From a virus (Duplodnaviria; Caudoviricetes), in IMG/VR virus record IMGVR_UViG_3300034130_000016, positions 1 to 57,109 of that record: 57,109 nt of DNA. The stretch is one strand, 5' to 3'. Below, one piece after another: positions 46,746 to 55,950 of this stretch (position 1 is its first letter; each line of letters begins with the position of its first letter). Under the pieces are notes generated by a model. The model saw only the letters and a program-made list of their open reading frames with translations. It was not told where the DNA came from and did not search any database. The position numbers were made by a program, and so were the translations under genes.

Positions 46746-47339
46746 TCAGACGCAGGAGCCGTCCGGATAGTCGGCCACGTGCTGCGCGAGGTCACCCGAG
46801 TCCGCCCCGCAGAGGTCGCACCGGCCCGCCCGGGGGCCGTCAACGTAGCGCCCATCGGCTCCCCCCGGCCGGTAGAGCGGGTTCGGCTGGGCGTCCCGCG
46901 TCCGCACGTACGCGGCGTGCTGCTCCTCCCAGGCCACCCGGCGCGGCATCAGCGCCTCCCTGGAGCCCTCGGGGAGCATCGCCCGCACCGACTCCAGCAA
47001 CGCCCGGATCTCGGGCTTCAGATCACCCGGCAGCGGGAAGGGGCCGGGCAGCTCCGGCAGCGCCTCGGCGCGGGGCACTCCGGCCTGCCCTGGCGCCCAG
47101 CCGGTATCCCGGGCGGCCATCTCCCGCTGGGTCGCCATGTCCCGGACAGCGCGCCGGACGTGCGCGGGCATCATCCACTCGGTCTGCTCCGCGTAGTGCT
47201 GCTTGACCGCCTCCAGACAGTCATCGAAGGGCGCATCGGAAAGGACGGCCTGCCAGGCGATGACGTCACCGTCGCCGACGGTGCGCCGGTCGAAGGAAGC
47301 CATCGCGCCCAGAAGGCGTGCAGTCTCGGAAAGGTTCAC
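46746..47339 (-). CDS. helicase loader/inhibitor-like replication protein
   Basis: FDRRT...AW..L....DDC.EAV..HY....W.MPAHV; coupled to the initiator gene. Confidence 0.6.
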   Translation of the reverse strand: MNLSETARLLGAMASFDRRTVGDGDVIAWQAVLSDAPFDDCLEAVKQHYAEQTEWMMPAHVRRAVRDMATQREMAARDTGWAPGQAGVPRAEALPELPGPFPLPGDLKPEIRALLESVRAMLPEGSREALMPRRVAWEEQHAAYVRTRDAQPNPLYRPGGADGRYVDGPRAGRCDLCGADSGDLAQHVADYPDGSCV

Positions 47340-48139
47340 AGTCCCTGCTCCTCGTACTTGCGGGCGATATCGAGCGCCTGCCCGATCCGCTGGTCGGTGG
47401 TGCTCGGGCGGTACGGCGCACCCATCGGGTCCATGGCGTTCGGGCGGCCAGACGGCGGCAGTGCAACGGCGCGTCCCGGACCCCGCCCGGCCCTCTCGGC
47501 AGCCGTGCGCATCCATCGGCGCCAGCACGCAGCCCAGTCCAGCTTCCTGGCCCTCGTGCCCGCCTCGGCCCGCCAGTAGTCGCAGAACTGGTCGTGCTCC
47601 ATCCGACCGTCGATGATCTGGCCCAGCTTCTCGGCGGCGAACCAGGCCCGCATCTTCTCGTCGGGCTGGAAATCTTCGGGGAGTCGAGTTGCCGTGCGCC
47701 GCCTAGACGACGTAGTCGTCTTAGTCTTCTTCTCGTTTTCTGGAGAGGAAGGAGGGGCGGCGAATCCGTCGTCCGTCTGACCTGCGGAAAGGGCCTGTTC
47801 GCCCTGGTCAGCGAGGGTGTCGGGTTCGCCGTCCTCCGCGTCGTCGCCCGGGTCGCAAAGGACGTAGTCGACGGCGGACCCTCCACCGGGCAGATATTCG
47901 CGGTCACGCCGGAGGTAACCGGCCGTCTCCAGGTCGCTGATCATCTTCCGGACGCCGTCCCGGCCGAGCGGCCCGGCCTGGGTGATGGCCGCCTCGGTGA
48001 TCTCGAATCCGGCCTTGTGGCTGGCGAGCCAGGCGAGCAACCCTCGGGCGGCCCACGGCAGCTCTTCGTCCCGAATCCAGTCGTTGGAGAGGATCGTGAA
48101 GTTGTCGGTCGGCAGGGTGCGACGGGTCATCTTGGTCAT
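47336..48139 (-). CDS. replication initiator protein (N-terminal wHTH)
   Basis: NFTILSN..IRD..L...ARGLL.WL.SH, LE.AGYL; C-terminal F.DYW...K.DW. Confidence 0.8.
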   Translation of the reverse strand: MTKMTRRTLPTDNFTILSNDWIRDEELPWAARGLLAWLASHKAGFEITEAAITQAGPLGRDGVRKMISDLETAGYLRRDREYLPGGGSAVDYVLCDPGDDAEDGEPDTLADQGEQALSAGQTDDGFAAPPSSPENEKKTKTTTSSRRRTATRLPEDFQPDEKMRAWFAAEKLGQIIDGRMEHDQFCDYWRAEAGTRARKLDWAACWRRWMRTAAERAGRGPGRAVALPPSGRPNAMDPMGAPYRPSTTDQRIGQALDIARKYEEQGL

Positions 48140-48207
48140 TCGGTGCCACTTTCAGATAGGGCACCCTCGCGAGGTTGTCCGAGGCGTAGGCCGTCGGTAG
48201 ACTCGTG

Positions 48208-48231
48208 GGTGCTTCGGTGCTTCGGTGCTTC
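48208..48231. repeat. 3 x GGTGCTTC tandem repeat upstream of the initiator gene
   Basis: Read directly. Confidence 0.8.
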
Positions 48232-48305
48232 GCGAAAAGTCAAGATCGGTAGTGCTTTCAACGCCCTGGGGTGGTCGCCCCGGGGCGTTGCCTATTCTGC
48301 ACCCG

Positions 48306-48656
48306 TCAGGCGGCGGGCGACAGCTCCTCGCCCTCGGGGTGGTCGTACCACACCCGGTGCGTCCGGTCCGCGAAGTGGGTCCGGATCGTCGAGGCGTACC
48401 AGAGCGGTTCCTTGATCTCGGGGAAGTCCACCTCGGGCAGGTGCCCGCGCTGCTTCCACTGCTGCGGCGTGAACCTCTCGACGCGCATGTGCCGGGCGAT
48501 GCCCGCCAGGTCCACGATCTGCCGGATGCGCTCCAGCTCGTTCAGGGTGTCGTCAGGGCTGGCCGCGAGGAGGTCCCTCAGCCGCTGGATCTCCGCCTTC
48601 AGCCGCTCGACCTCCTGCGCCGCCTCCTGCCAGAGCGTCTTGTAACTGGTTGCCAT
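48306..48656 (-). CDS. HTH DNA-binding protein (MerR/AlpA-like)
   Basis: VDLAGIARHMRVERFTPQQW..RG.LP......PLW. Confidence 0.7.
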   Translation of the reverse strand: MATSYKTLWQEAAQEVERLKAEIQRLRDLLAASPDDTLNELERIRQIVDLAGIARHMRVERFTPQQWKQRGHLPEVDFPEIKEPLWYASTIRTHFADRTHRVWYDHPEGEELSPAA

Positions 48657-48827
48657 ATCTGTCCTCTTGTCGGCCGGGGGAACGCGTCAGCCACGAGCAT
48701 ACAAGAGTCCGGCCCCGGAAGCGACGGGCAGCCGATCTCCTGAGCTGCACTGTCCGGCCCGAATTGACAAGGTAGATCAGACTCGTGCATGATGGTGCCG
48801 ATCGAGACACCCGAGGAGGCACCGCAG

Positions 48828-49184
48828 ATGTTCAACCCGGTAGCACCACCCTGGTACGTGGCCCTGTCCCTCATCGCCGCCCTGGCCGCCGTCGCCTGGT
48901 TCTTCGCCCGCTGGCCGGAGTCCACCGACCCCTGGGCCAAGCCCGCCGGGCGCACCCACCGGCACCGCACCGGCGACATCGCCACGCCGTACCGGCTGCG
49001 TACGTGGGACGAGCTGATCGCCGAAAACGAGGCGGCAATCATGCCGGTCATCTCGGCCCCCCCGGCGCCCGCCCCCGTGTTCGACCCGCTCAACCACGAC
49101 ACCACCACCCTGGCCGAGGTGGAGAAGTTCCTGGCCACGCTGGTCATCACCGAGAACACCCGCGAACTGGCGACGGTCCGGTGA
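48828..49184 (+). CDS. membrane protein
   Basis: GAGGAGG RBS; N-terminal TM helix. Confidence 0.65.
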   Translation: MFNPVAPPWYVALSLIAALAAVAWFFARWPESTDPWAKPAGRTHRHRTGDIATPYRLRTWDELIAENEAAIMPVISAPPAPAPVFDPLNHDTTTLAEVEKFLATLVITENTRELATVR

Positions 49185-50098
49185 GCACGTCCCCCGAGCG
49201 AGACATCCTGATCGAATCCGTCCGGACCTACCCCGTGCGCAAGTCCATGGGTCCGCTGAGCGGGCTCGGCGGAAGCATCAAGGCCGAGGGCCTGCGCCAG
49301 CCCCTCACCCTCTGGACCGACGGAACCCTCATCTCCGGCGCCCGTCGCCTGCGCGCCCACTTCCTGATGGCCGGTGCACTCGACGGCAGCCAGTACCGCC
49401 GGATCAAGGCCGTCTTCGTCGATACCATCGAGGACGCCGCCAAGCGCCTCACCGCCGACATGCAAGACGACGTTGACGACTCGGCCCGGCCGATGAAGTG
49501 GTCCGAGGTGTGCCGCCTCTGGGAGCTGCTGCGTCGCCTGGACGAACCGGCCGCCATCAAGCGCGCCCAGGCCGCCCGCCGCCGTGGCGTCGAACTGCGC
49601 CGCAAGACCTACACGGGGGAGCGCCCCCCGGGCCGGTCGCCGCATCACAGCGACGACTACGCGCTGAGCGTGCTCTGTGAGCCGTTCGACATCTCGGGGT
49701 CCACCGCCCGGCGCCTCTGGTCCGTCTACTCGATGGCGACCGGTCTTCGGCGCGTCTCCGAGGAGAGGCAGGCGGCGGCCGTCGCCGCCCTGGCCGCCAT
49801 CGACTCGAAGGAAAGCACCATCTCCGCCAACTATCAGCGGTTGATGCGCGGCTCCATCACCCCCGTACCGGCCCCCCCGGCGGCGGTCGTGGCGTCCGCC
49901 GCCGCCGCCAAGCAGCTCACCGCATGGGAACGGTCCCTCCCGCAGTTGGAGGGGCTGACGACCGGCCTGAGCGCCCTGGGTGCCCCCAACTCCGAACTGG
50001 CCTGGGAGCAGGTCGGTCCGGCGCACGCCCGGCTGATGAAGGTCCGCCGGGACCTCGACAAGATCATCAGGCAGATGAAGGAGACCAACAAGTCATGA
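49181..50098 (+). CDS. ParB N-terminal domain protein
   Basis: SIKAEGLRQPL, LISGARRLRA (GxxRxxA). Confidence 0.8.
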   Translation: MSTSPERDILIESVRTYPVRKSMGPLSGLGGSIKAEGLRQPLTLWTDGTLISGARRLRAHFLMAGALDGSQYRRIKAVFVDTIEDAAKRLTADMQDDVDDSARPMKWSEVCRLWELLRRLDEPAAIKRAQAARRRGVELRRKTYTGERPPGRSPHHSDDYALSVLCEPFDISGSTARRLWSVYSMATGLRRVSEERQAAAVAALAAIDSKESTISANYQRLMRGSITPVPAPPAAVVASAAAAKQLTAWERSLPQLEGLTTGLSALGAPNSELAWEQVGPAHARLMKVRRDLDKIIRQMKETNKS

Positions 50099-50895
50099 GC
50101 AACCCGAAGACCGGCTTCGAGATGGTCCAGCGCAAGGTCGGCGACCTCTACGTTGACTCGAACGTCCAGCGCTCCCTGCGTGACTCCCGGGTCAAGCAGC
50201 TCGCCGCGAGCTTCCGGCCCGACGCCCTCGGTGTGCTCACCACGTCGTACCGATCGGCCAAGCGGATCCACGTCATCGACGGCCAGCACCGTTACTGCGC
50301 CGCCGAACTGGCCGAGTACTCCGGCCCCATCATGACGATGCAGTACTACGGGCTGAGCATCCCGCAGGAAGCCGCCCTCTTCCGGCTGCTCAACGACACC
50401 GACAAGGTGTCCAAGGTCGATGCCTTCCTGGTCTCCTGCGTCGAAAAGAACCCGGACTCGCTGCGGCTGGCCGAATCCATGACCCGTCACGGCTGGCACG
50501 TCGGCGCGGGCGGTACCGCCGCCTCCCGGATCACTGCCATCGGTAGCCTGGAGCGCGTCTACGCCAAGTCCCCCGACGCCGCAGAGGCCACCCTGGCGGT
50601 CCTCGCGGCGGCGTTCGGTCACCGCTCGGCCGCCGTGCAGGGGCCGATGATCCTGGGCCTGGGTCTGGTGCTCGCCCGGCACACCGACCCGGCCCCCGAG
50701 GACGGACCGAAGATCGACGTGAACGAGCTGATCAAGCGCCTGTCCAACGTTCCCGGCGGCCCGGACGGGATCGTCGGCAACGCGCGGGGCCTGAAGATCA
50801 CCTACACCGGTGACCTGTCCAAGCAGGTCGCCCGGGTCATCGTGGACCTCTACAACCTGCGGAAGCGCACCAACGCGCTTCCGCAGTGGGTGTGA
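50095..50895 (+). CDS. ParB/Srx-superfamily DGQHR protein (DUF6551-like)
   Basis: VDSNVQR.L, VIDGQHR, EAALF..LN. Confidence 0.8.
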   Translation: MSNPKTGFEMVQRKVGDLYVDSNVQRSLRDSRVKQLAASFRPDALGVLTTSYRSAKRIHVIDGQHRYCAAELAEYSGPIMTMQYYGLSIPQEAALFRLLNDTDKVSKVDAFLVSCVEKNPDSLRLAESMTRHGWHVGAGGTAASRITAIGSLERVYAKSPDAAEATLAVLAAAFGHRSAAVQGPMILGLGLVLARHTDPAPEDGPKIDVNELIKRLSNVPGGPDGIVGNARGLKITYTGDLSKQVARVIVDLYNLRKRTNALPQWV

Positions 50896-51275
50896 CCGCC
50901 CGCGACCGGGCACGCCACGAGCAGAACCTGAAGCGCCAGAGCCCGGCCCTCCCCTCAGAGGGCCGGGCTCCGGCCGGTTCCAGGACGGACACGTGGCTGG
51001 CCCGCAACCTGCCCGCCAAGCAACCCGGCGTCGTGTGGCTGGTGCGCCCCATGCCCGACGGCCAGTGGCCGACCGACCAGCGACTCCCGCGCGATGATTC
51101 GTTCTCGTGGTGGGTCCGCTCGGCGTGCGGGCACCAGGGCGGGGTGAAGCAGTGGGCGTTCTACCGGCAGGCCGACGCCGTCGCCTACGAGTGGATCTTC
51201 CGGGCCGACCCGTGTCACTACACCCGATGCCCCGACCGCATCATGATCGAAAACGACCCGAAGAGGAGCCGGTGA
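50892..51275 (+). CDS. hypothetical protein
   Basis: GTGA overlap; Trp/Cys-rich C-terminal half. Confidence 0.55.
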   Translation: MTARDRARHEQNLKRQSPALPSEGRAPAGSRTDTWLARNLPAKQPGVVWLVRPMPDGQWPTDQRLPRDDSFSWWVRSACGHQGGVKQWAFYRQADAVAYEWIFRADPCHYTRCPDRIMIENDPKRSR

Positions 51276-51679
51276 TGGCTAACTGGGCCTGGCCGCACAC
51301 CCCCGCCAGCAACTGCGCCCGCCTCGTCCTGGCCGGTGGCCCGTTCGACGGTGAAGAGGTCGCCTTCCTGCCCCCCGACCTCGCCGCCCCCGTGCAGATC
51401 GTCTGGTCCGGCTGGTTCCCGTGGGGTTTCAGCGCCTACCTGTACGAGTGGCACGGCGAGACGACCATGGACCGTGGCCGCACCGACGCCCTGATCTACC
51501 GCCCGCCCATCACCCAGGCCGCCGACCTGCGCGTCCACCGTGGCCGCCGCGTGGACCCCGACGAGATCCCCCCGCAGGTCGCCGAGGACGTCGAGGTATG
51601 GGCCGGTGCCCCTGCGGTGTGGGCCAGCGCGATGGAGTCCCTGGGCGTCCCGAAGGAGCTGCTATGGCCCGGCCTGTGA
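51275..51679 (+). CDS. hypothetical protein
   Basis: GAGGAG RBS; L.GGPFDG motif. Confidence 0.7.
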   Translation: MANWAWPHTPASNCARLVLAGGPFDGEEVAFLPPDLAAPVQIVWSGWFPWGFSAYLYEWHGETTMDRGRTDALIYRPPITQAADLRVHRGRRVDPDEIPPQVAEDVEVWAGAPAVWASAMESLGVPKELLWPGL

Positions 51680-51879
51680 AGGTCTGGCTGCTGTGGTCGT
51701 CGCGCGTCGACCCGTACAGCGCGTGGGATCTCATTGACGTGTTCGCCGACGAGAAGGTTGCGGAACAGGTCAAGGCCGGGCTGATCGGTAAGCCCAGGCA
51801 CCGTGACCGGCTGTTCGGCGTCTGGGATGACGATGAGGACTTCCCGGACCTGGTCGTCCGGCCGCACCGTCTGCACTGA
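51676..51879 (+). CDS. hypothetical protein
   Basis: VKVWLLW...LIDVFADE..AE. Confidence 0.6.
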   Translation: MKVWLLWSSRVDPYSAWDLIDVFADEKVAEQVKAGLIGKPRHRDRLFGVWDDDEDFPDLVVRPHRLH

Positions 51880-51909
51880 CCGGTAGGCTGGCTCCCGTAG
51901 GAGGAGCCC

Positions 51910-52644
51910 ATGACACGCCGACCGAAGCGCAAGGGAAACGACCACTCTCGCGCCCCCGAAGTACTCAACGCCCTGGAGCGCAAAGAGCTGGAGTACGACC
52001 CGGCGATAGACCCGTGGCTGAAGCAGCCCGCCGAGTCGCCCCGCAACCACGGCATGTTCCTGATGTACCGCGACCTGGGCCGGATCCGCACCGTCGCCCA
52101 GGTCGCGGAGATGTCCTCGCTCACGTACGGCGCCGTGACCCGCATCGCCCGGTTCGGCAAGTGGGTGGAGCGGGCCGGACGCTGGGATGCCGAACTGGAC
52201 CGCATCGCCGGTATCCGCCTCCAGGACGCCCGCGAGGAGATGGCCCGCCGCCACGCGACCGCCGCCGGGAAACTGATGAAGAAGGCGCTGGAGCGCCTGG
52301 AGACCCTGGACATCTCCGCCATCAGCCCGCACGCCCTCGTGCTCATGCTCGACACGGCCGCCCGCATCGAGCGGGCCGCCCTGGGCCTGGAGACGCTCAA
52401 CAAGGGCGCCACCACCGGCCAGCAGACGTCCGTTACCGTGGCCGCCAGCACCGACGCCGCCGGGAAGCCCGCCGTCCGCGTCGAGGTCGGTGTGCAGCAC
52501 GACCGGATCATGGCGACGCTGGACGAGATGGTGAAGCGCATGAGCCCCGACCAGATCGCCGCCGGGTACGAGGAGCTGACCGCGAGCGCGAAGGAGGCGC
52601 TGCGCGGCCTTGACGCCGCCCTTCCTGCACCTCCTCCGCAGTGA
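51910..52644 (+). CDS. terminase small subunit candidate (HTH)
   Basis: ES......F..YRDLG..RT, WVERA..WD; upstream of TerL. Confidence 0.65.
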   Translation: MTRRPKRKGNDHSRAPEVLNALERKELEYDPAIDPWLKQPAESPRNHGMFLMYRDLGRIRTVAQVAEMSSLTYGAVTRIARFGKWVERAGRWDAELDRIAGIRLQDAREEMARRHATAAGKLMKKALERLETLDISAISPHALVLMLDTAARIERAALGLETLNKGATTGQQTSVTVAASTDAAGKPAVRVEVGVQHDRIMATLDEMVKRMSPDQIAAGYEELTASAKEALRGLDAALPAPPPQ

Positions 52645-52880
52645 GGGCAGGCGCGGCCGGGGGTCGTCCTGCCGGGCGAATGGACGACCCCCGGGCACCG
52701 CGCCCATGCGAACGGATCGGCCTGCACAACTGCGCGCCGCTCGGCCGCTGGGCGAACCACGACGCCAGCCACGACCCGTGCATGAGCTGCGGATACGACC
52801 GCCTGGATCCGGCACCCGGGCAGTGCCTCCAGCCGAAAGGCCACTGGTCAGCGCCATCCCCGGATAGTTTTCGATCATGA
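52641..52880 (+). CDS. small Cys/His ORF
   Basis: GTGA/ATGA overlaps bridge TerS and TerL. Confidence 0.4.
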   Translation: MRAGAAGGRPAGRMDDPRAPRPCERIGLHNCAPLGRWANHDASHDPCMSCGYDRLDPAPGQCLQPKGHWSAPSPDSFRS

Positions 52881-54331
52881 GCCTGTCCGCCGCCCAGAAG
52901 CTCGCCCTGCTCCCTCCGCCCCTGCGCCGCATGTGGCTGAGCAAGCAGACCCGCGAGACTCTGGAAGACATCCAGAAGGGCGCCTGGTGGTGGCTCGGAC
53001 GCCCAGAACAGTTCCGTCCGCCCGGCGACTGGCTGGTCTGGCTGATCCGCTCCGGCCGAGGGTGGGGCAAGACCCGCACCGGCGCCGAAGACCTCCTGGA
53101 CCGCGTGTTCGAGCACCCGGTAGACGCCTTCGGCCAGCGCACCGAGTGGCTCGTGATCGCCGAGACGCTCAACGACTGCCGTACCGCCTGCATCGAGGGC
53201 AACTCGGGCCTGCTGTCGATCCTGCACCGCATGGGCCTGGAGAAGGGCAAGGACTTCTGGTACCGCAAGTCCCCCAAGCTGATGATCGAATTCGCCACCG
53301 GCCAGATCATCTACTTCGAGGGTGCCGACAACGCCGACGTCGGCCGTGGCTTCAACGCCGCCGGTGCCTGGCTGGACGAGCTGGCGAAGTGGCGCTACAC
53401 CTACGACGCCTGGTACGAGGGCCTGCTTCCGTCGCTGCGCGCCCCGCTGATCGGCGACCATCCGCGCGCCGTGGTCACCACCACCCCGAAGCCGATCAAG
53501 CTGCTGATCGAGTGGCAGCACGAGACGGACGGCACGGTCGTCATCACCACCGGCTCGATCTTCGACAACATCATGAACCTGAGCCGGAAGGTCATCGACG
53601 CCCTCAAGAAGAAGTACGAGGGCACCCGGGCCGGACTCCAGGAGCTGTACGGCTACCTCCTCGAAGAGATCGAGGGCGCGCTGTGGAACCGGCCCATGAT
53701 CGAAAACAATCGCATCAAGGCCGCTGACCTGCCCGAACTGAAGCAGGTCGTCATATCCATGGACCCCGGCGCCACCGGGGCAGGCGACGAAACCGGGCTG
53801 ATCGCCGCAGGCCGCGACTACCACGACCGCGACTACGTGCTGGCCGACTGGACCAAGAAGATCGTCGGGCACGCCGCCGCCCGCCGCGCCTGGCAGATGT
53901 TCATCCAGTACGACGCCACCTGGATGGTCATCGAGACCAACATGGGCAAGAAGTGGCTCATGCAGGTCATCACCGACGCCTACGCGGAGATGCAGAAGGA
54001 GCACGCCCCCGGGTGCGACGACGAGGACTGCAAGGGATGCCTCTTCCCGCCCGGCCCGCCCCCGGTCAAGGAGGTCACCTCTCTGGCCGGGAAGAAGCTG
54101 CGCGCCCAGCCCGTCGCCTCCCGCTACGAACAGAACCGCTGGCACCACGTCGGCACGTTCATCGAACTGGAGGACCAGATGTGCACGTGGGTGCCCGAGG
54201 ACTCGGCCAGCCCCGACCGCATCGACGCCCTCGTGCAGGCCGGACTGTTCCTCATGGGCCGGGAGCACACGCTGGTCCGCATCGCCGCCCCCGCCGACAC
54301 GCTCATGCCCGCCAGCTCCGCCTACGGGTAG
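52877..54331 (+). CDS. terL: terminase large subunit
   Basis: Walker A SGRGWGKT, Walker B WLDE, TTTP, nuclease DP...SPDRIDA. Confidence 0.95.
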   Translation: MSLSAAQKLALLPPPLRRMWLSKQTRETLEDIQKGAWWWLGRPEQFRPPGDWLVWLIRSGRGWGKTRTGAEDLLDRVFEHPVDAFGQRTEWLVIAETLNDCRTACIEGNSGLLSILHRMGLEKGKDFWYRKSPKLMIEFATGQIIYFEGADNADVGRGFNAAGAWLDELAKWRYTYDAWYEGLLPSLRAPLIGDHPRAVVTTTPKPIKLLIEWQHETDGTVVITTGSIFDNIMNLSRKVIDALKKKYEGTRAGLQELYGYLLEEIEGALWNRPMIENNRIKAADLPELKQVVISMDPGATGAGDETGLIAAGRDYHDRDYVLADWTKKIVGHAAARRAWQMFIQYDATWMVIETNMGKKWLMQVITDAYAEMQKEHAPGCDDEDCKGCLFPPGPPPVKEVTSLAGKKLRAQPVASRYEQNRWHHVGTFIELEDQMCTWVPEDSASPDRIDALVQAGLFLMGREHTLVRIAAPADTLMPASSAYG

Positions 54332-54414
54332 GCTGGCCGCCGGACGATCCCAGAGCGTGAGCCCTGGGGCGGCCGGGAACCCGGGATCAATCGCGGCAGT
54401 GCTGCGACACTCAA

Positions 54415-54515
54415 AACGCCCCGACTACCCCCGCGAGGCGAATGCCAGGGGGCTCGGGGCGTTCCCGTGTCCGGATACAGCAAGGCCCGGTCCCACGGGG
54501 GAGGACCGGGCCTTG
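54415..54515. terminator. tandem hairpins between convergent genes
   Basis: AACGCCCCGA/TCGGGGCGTT and GCAAGGCCCGGTCC/GGACCGGGCCTTGC. Confidence 0.6.
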
Positions 54516-54542
54516 CTGCGCCTTCTCAGGAGCCCCTCGATG

Positions 54543-54803
54543 CTACCGCCGCGTCCGCCGGGGCCGCCGCAGCCGCGCCAGCCGCGCAGCCCGCACACCC
54601 TTCAGGCGCTCGATCAGTTCCGACATGTCCTGGCCGTCCAGGGCGGCGAAGGTGTTGACGGTGGCGATCCGCTCGGCATAGGCCAGCTCGGTGCGGCAGA
54701 GGTCGGTGGCGAAGCGGACCTGCTCCTGCGACGGGCGGTACCGCCGCCGCCAGGGGTTGATCACTGGGGGCTCGAATACGTCCTTCTCCAGTACCTGCGC
54801 CAT
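54543..54803 (-). CDS. hypothetical protein
   Basis: GGAGG RBS; PSQEQV.F..DL motif. Confidence 0.6.
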   Translation of the reverse strand: MAQVLEKDVFEPPVINPWRRRYRPSQEQVRFATDLCRTELAYAERIATVNTFAALDGQDMSELIERLKGVRAARLARLRRPRRTRR

Positions 54804-54976
54804 CGCGCCCACCGCCTCCATCGGGGTGTTCCAGGGTGTTCCGTCCTGTTTCAAGCGTGACGGAAGATCCCGAGATGTCAAGCCTGAATCGACGGCACCT
54901 GTCCACTCGGCATTGACAGCGGCCACCAGGACGACTAGCGTGGAACCCGACAGACCACCCGAGGAGGAACGCCCCC

Positions 54977-55291
54977 ATGGACGTAGGAATCGCCGACACG
55001 ATCAACCGGATCTTCGCCCAGAAGCTCGCCGGGGGTCTCGACACGCTCTACCCCCGGTGGCATGAGCACCGGTCCCCCGTTGCCGCAACCCTGATGGGTG
55101 ACAGCTCGGACCGGGCATGGCTCGTCGGCTTCCTCGTCCAGCCGATCCCCGACCTGGAGATCGATTCCGTCCCGGCGGACGCCGATTGGGACAACCTTTT
55201 CTCCAACATCCGGGCCGAGATCCTGGCCCGCCGTGACCCGGAAACCCCACCCACCGAGACGCCCGCGACTCGTCCCGGCGACGTGGTGTAG
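54977..55291 (+). CDS. hypothetical protein
   Basis: GAGGAGG RBS; TTGACA (54913) promoter-like element upstream. Confidence 0.7.
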   Translation: MDVGIADTINRIFAQKLAGGLDTLYPRWHEHRSPVAATLMGDSSDRAWLVGFLVQPIPDLEIDSVPADADWDNLFSNIRAEILARRDPETPPTETPATRPGDVV

Positions 55292-55303
55292 GGTCACGAC
55301 TGA

Positions 55304-55396
55304 CGGTGGGTGCCGGTGAGGCCAACGCCTCCTTGGTCTGTCAACCCGAGCGACAAGCCGTTTTGCTCGGGAGGTCGGCCGAACCGGTACCCACCG
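55304..55396 (+). ncRNA. candidate structured RNA
   Basis: 14-bp closing stem CGGTGGGTGCCGGT/ACCGGTACCCACCG with nested helices. Confidence 0.45.
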
Positions 55397-55401
55397 CCCC
55401 C

Positions 55402-55471
55402 GGGGGTGTAGCTCAGTGGTAGAGCCAAGGTGTTGAAGCCGACGACGCAGGTTCGATTCCTGCCCCACCCA
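55402..55471 (+). tRNA. degenerate tRNA-like element 1 (no valid anticodon arm)
   Basis: TAGCTCAGTGGTAGAGC D-arm and GCAGG-TTCGATT-CCTGC T-arm; 2 acceptor mismatches. Confidence 0.6.
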
Positions 55472-55503
55472 CGTATCGCACCCGCACCCAGGAGGACGTC
55501 GCA

Positions 55504-55686
55504 ATGCCCAAGCTCAAGCTTTACAAGGTCGGCACCAACGGCCGGATCGCCCTCGGTGGCTACGCGACCGAGGAGTTCTACACCGTCGAGAAGGAAGACG
55601 ACGGCACGATCGTCCTGTCCCCGGTCGAGGTGACCACGACCGGCACCAAGCGCGAGGTGGAGGACGACGACCCGTTCACCGCCTGA
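55504..55686 (+). CDS. AbrB-like small DNA-binding protein candidate
   Basis: AGGAGG RBS; KV..NGRIAL...EDDGTIVLSP. Confidence 0.6.
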   Translation: MPKLKLYKVGTNGRIALGGYATEEFYTVEKEDDGTIVLSPVEVTTTGTKREVEDDDPFTA

Positions 55687-55703
55687 AATCCGCAGGAGGA
55701 GAC

Positions 55704-55910
55704 ATGACCAAGAAGACCCGGCACCTCGGCAACGAGTCCGGCAAGTCGTCCAACAAGTGGTTCGGCCGCAGGGGTCACCCGAAGGGGTACGGCGCTAGCG
55801 CGGGGGACGGCAGGACCACCGACAGCTCAGTGGCCGGAAAGATCGTCCCCGTGTTCAAGAAGGCCAAGGCCACGCCCAAGACGAAGCCGAAGTGGCCCTG
55901 GTACAAGTGA
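55704..55910 (+). CDS. small basic protein
   Basis: AGGAGG RBS; Lys-rich 68 aa. Confidence 0.6.
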   Translation: MTKKTRHLGNESGKSSNKWFGRRGHPKGYGASAGDGRTTDSSVAGKIVPVFKKAKATPKTKPKWPWYK

Positions 55911-55950
55911 CAGACCCACGGCACCCGGCCGCCATCGGGTGCCGTGCCCA

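Noticed and set aside
51496-54268. Long minus-strand ORFs (604, 444 and 586 aa)
   Set aside because: Overlap the well-supported terminase genes on the plus strand
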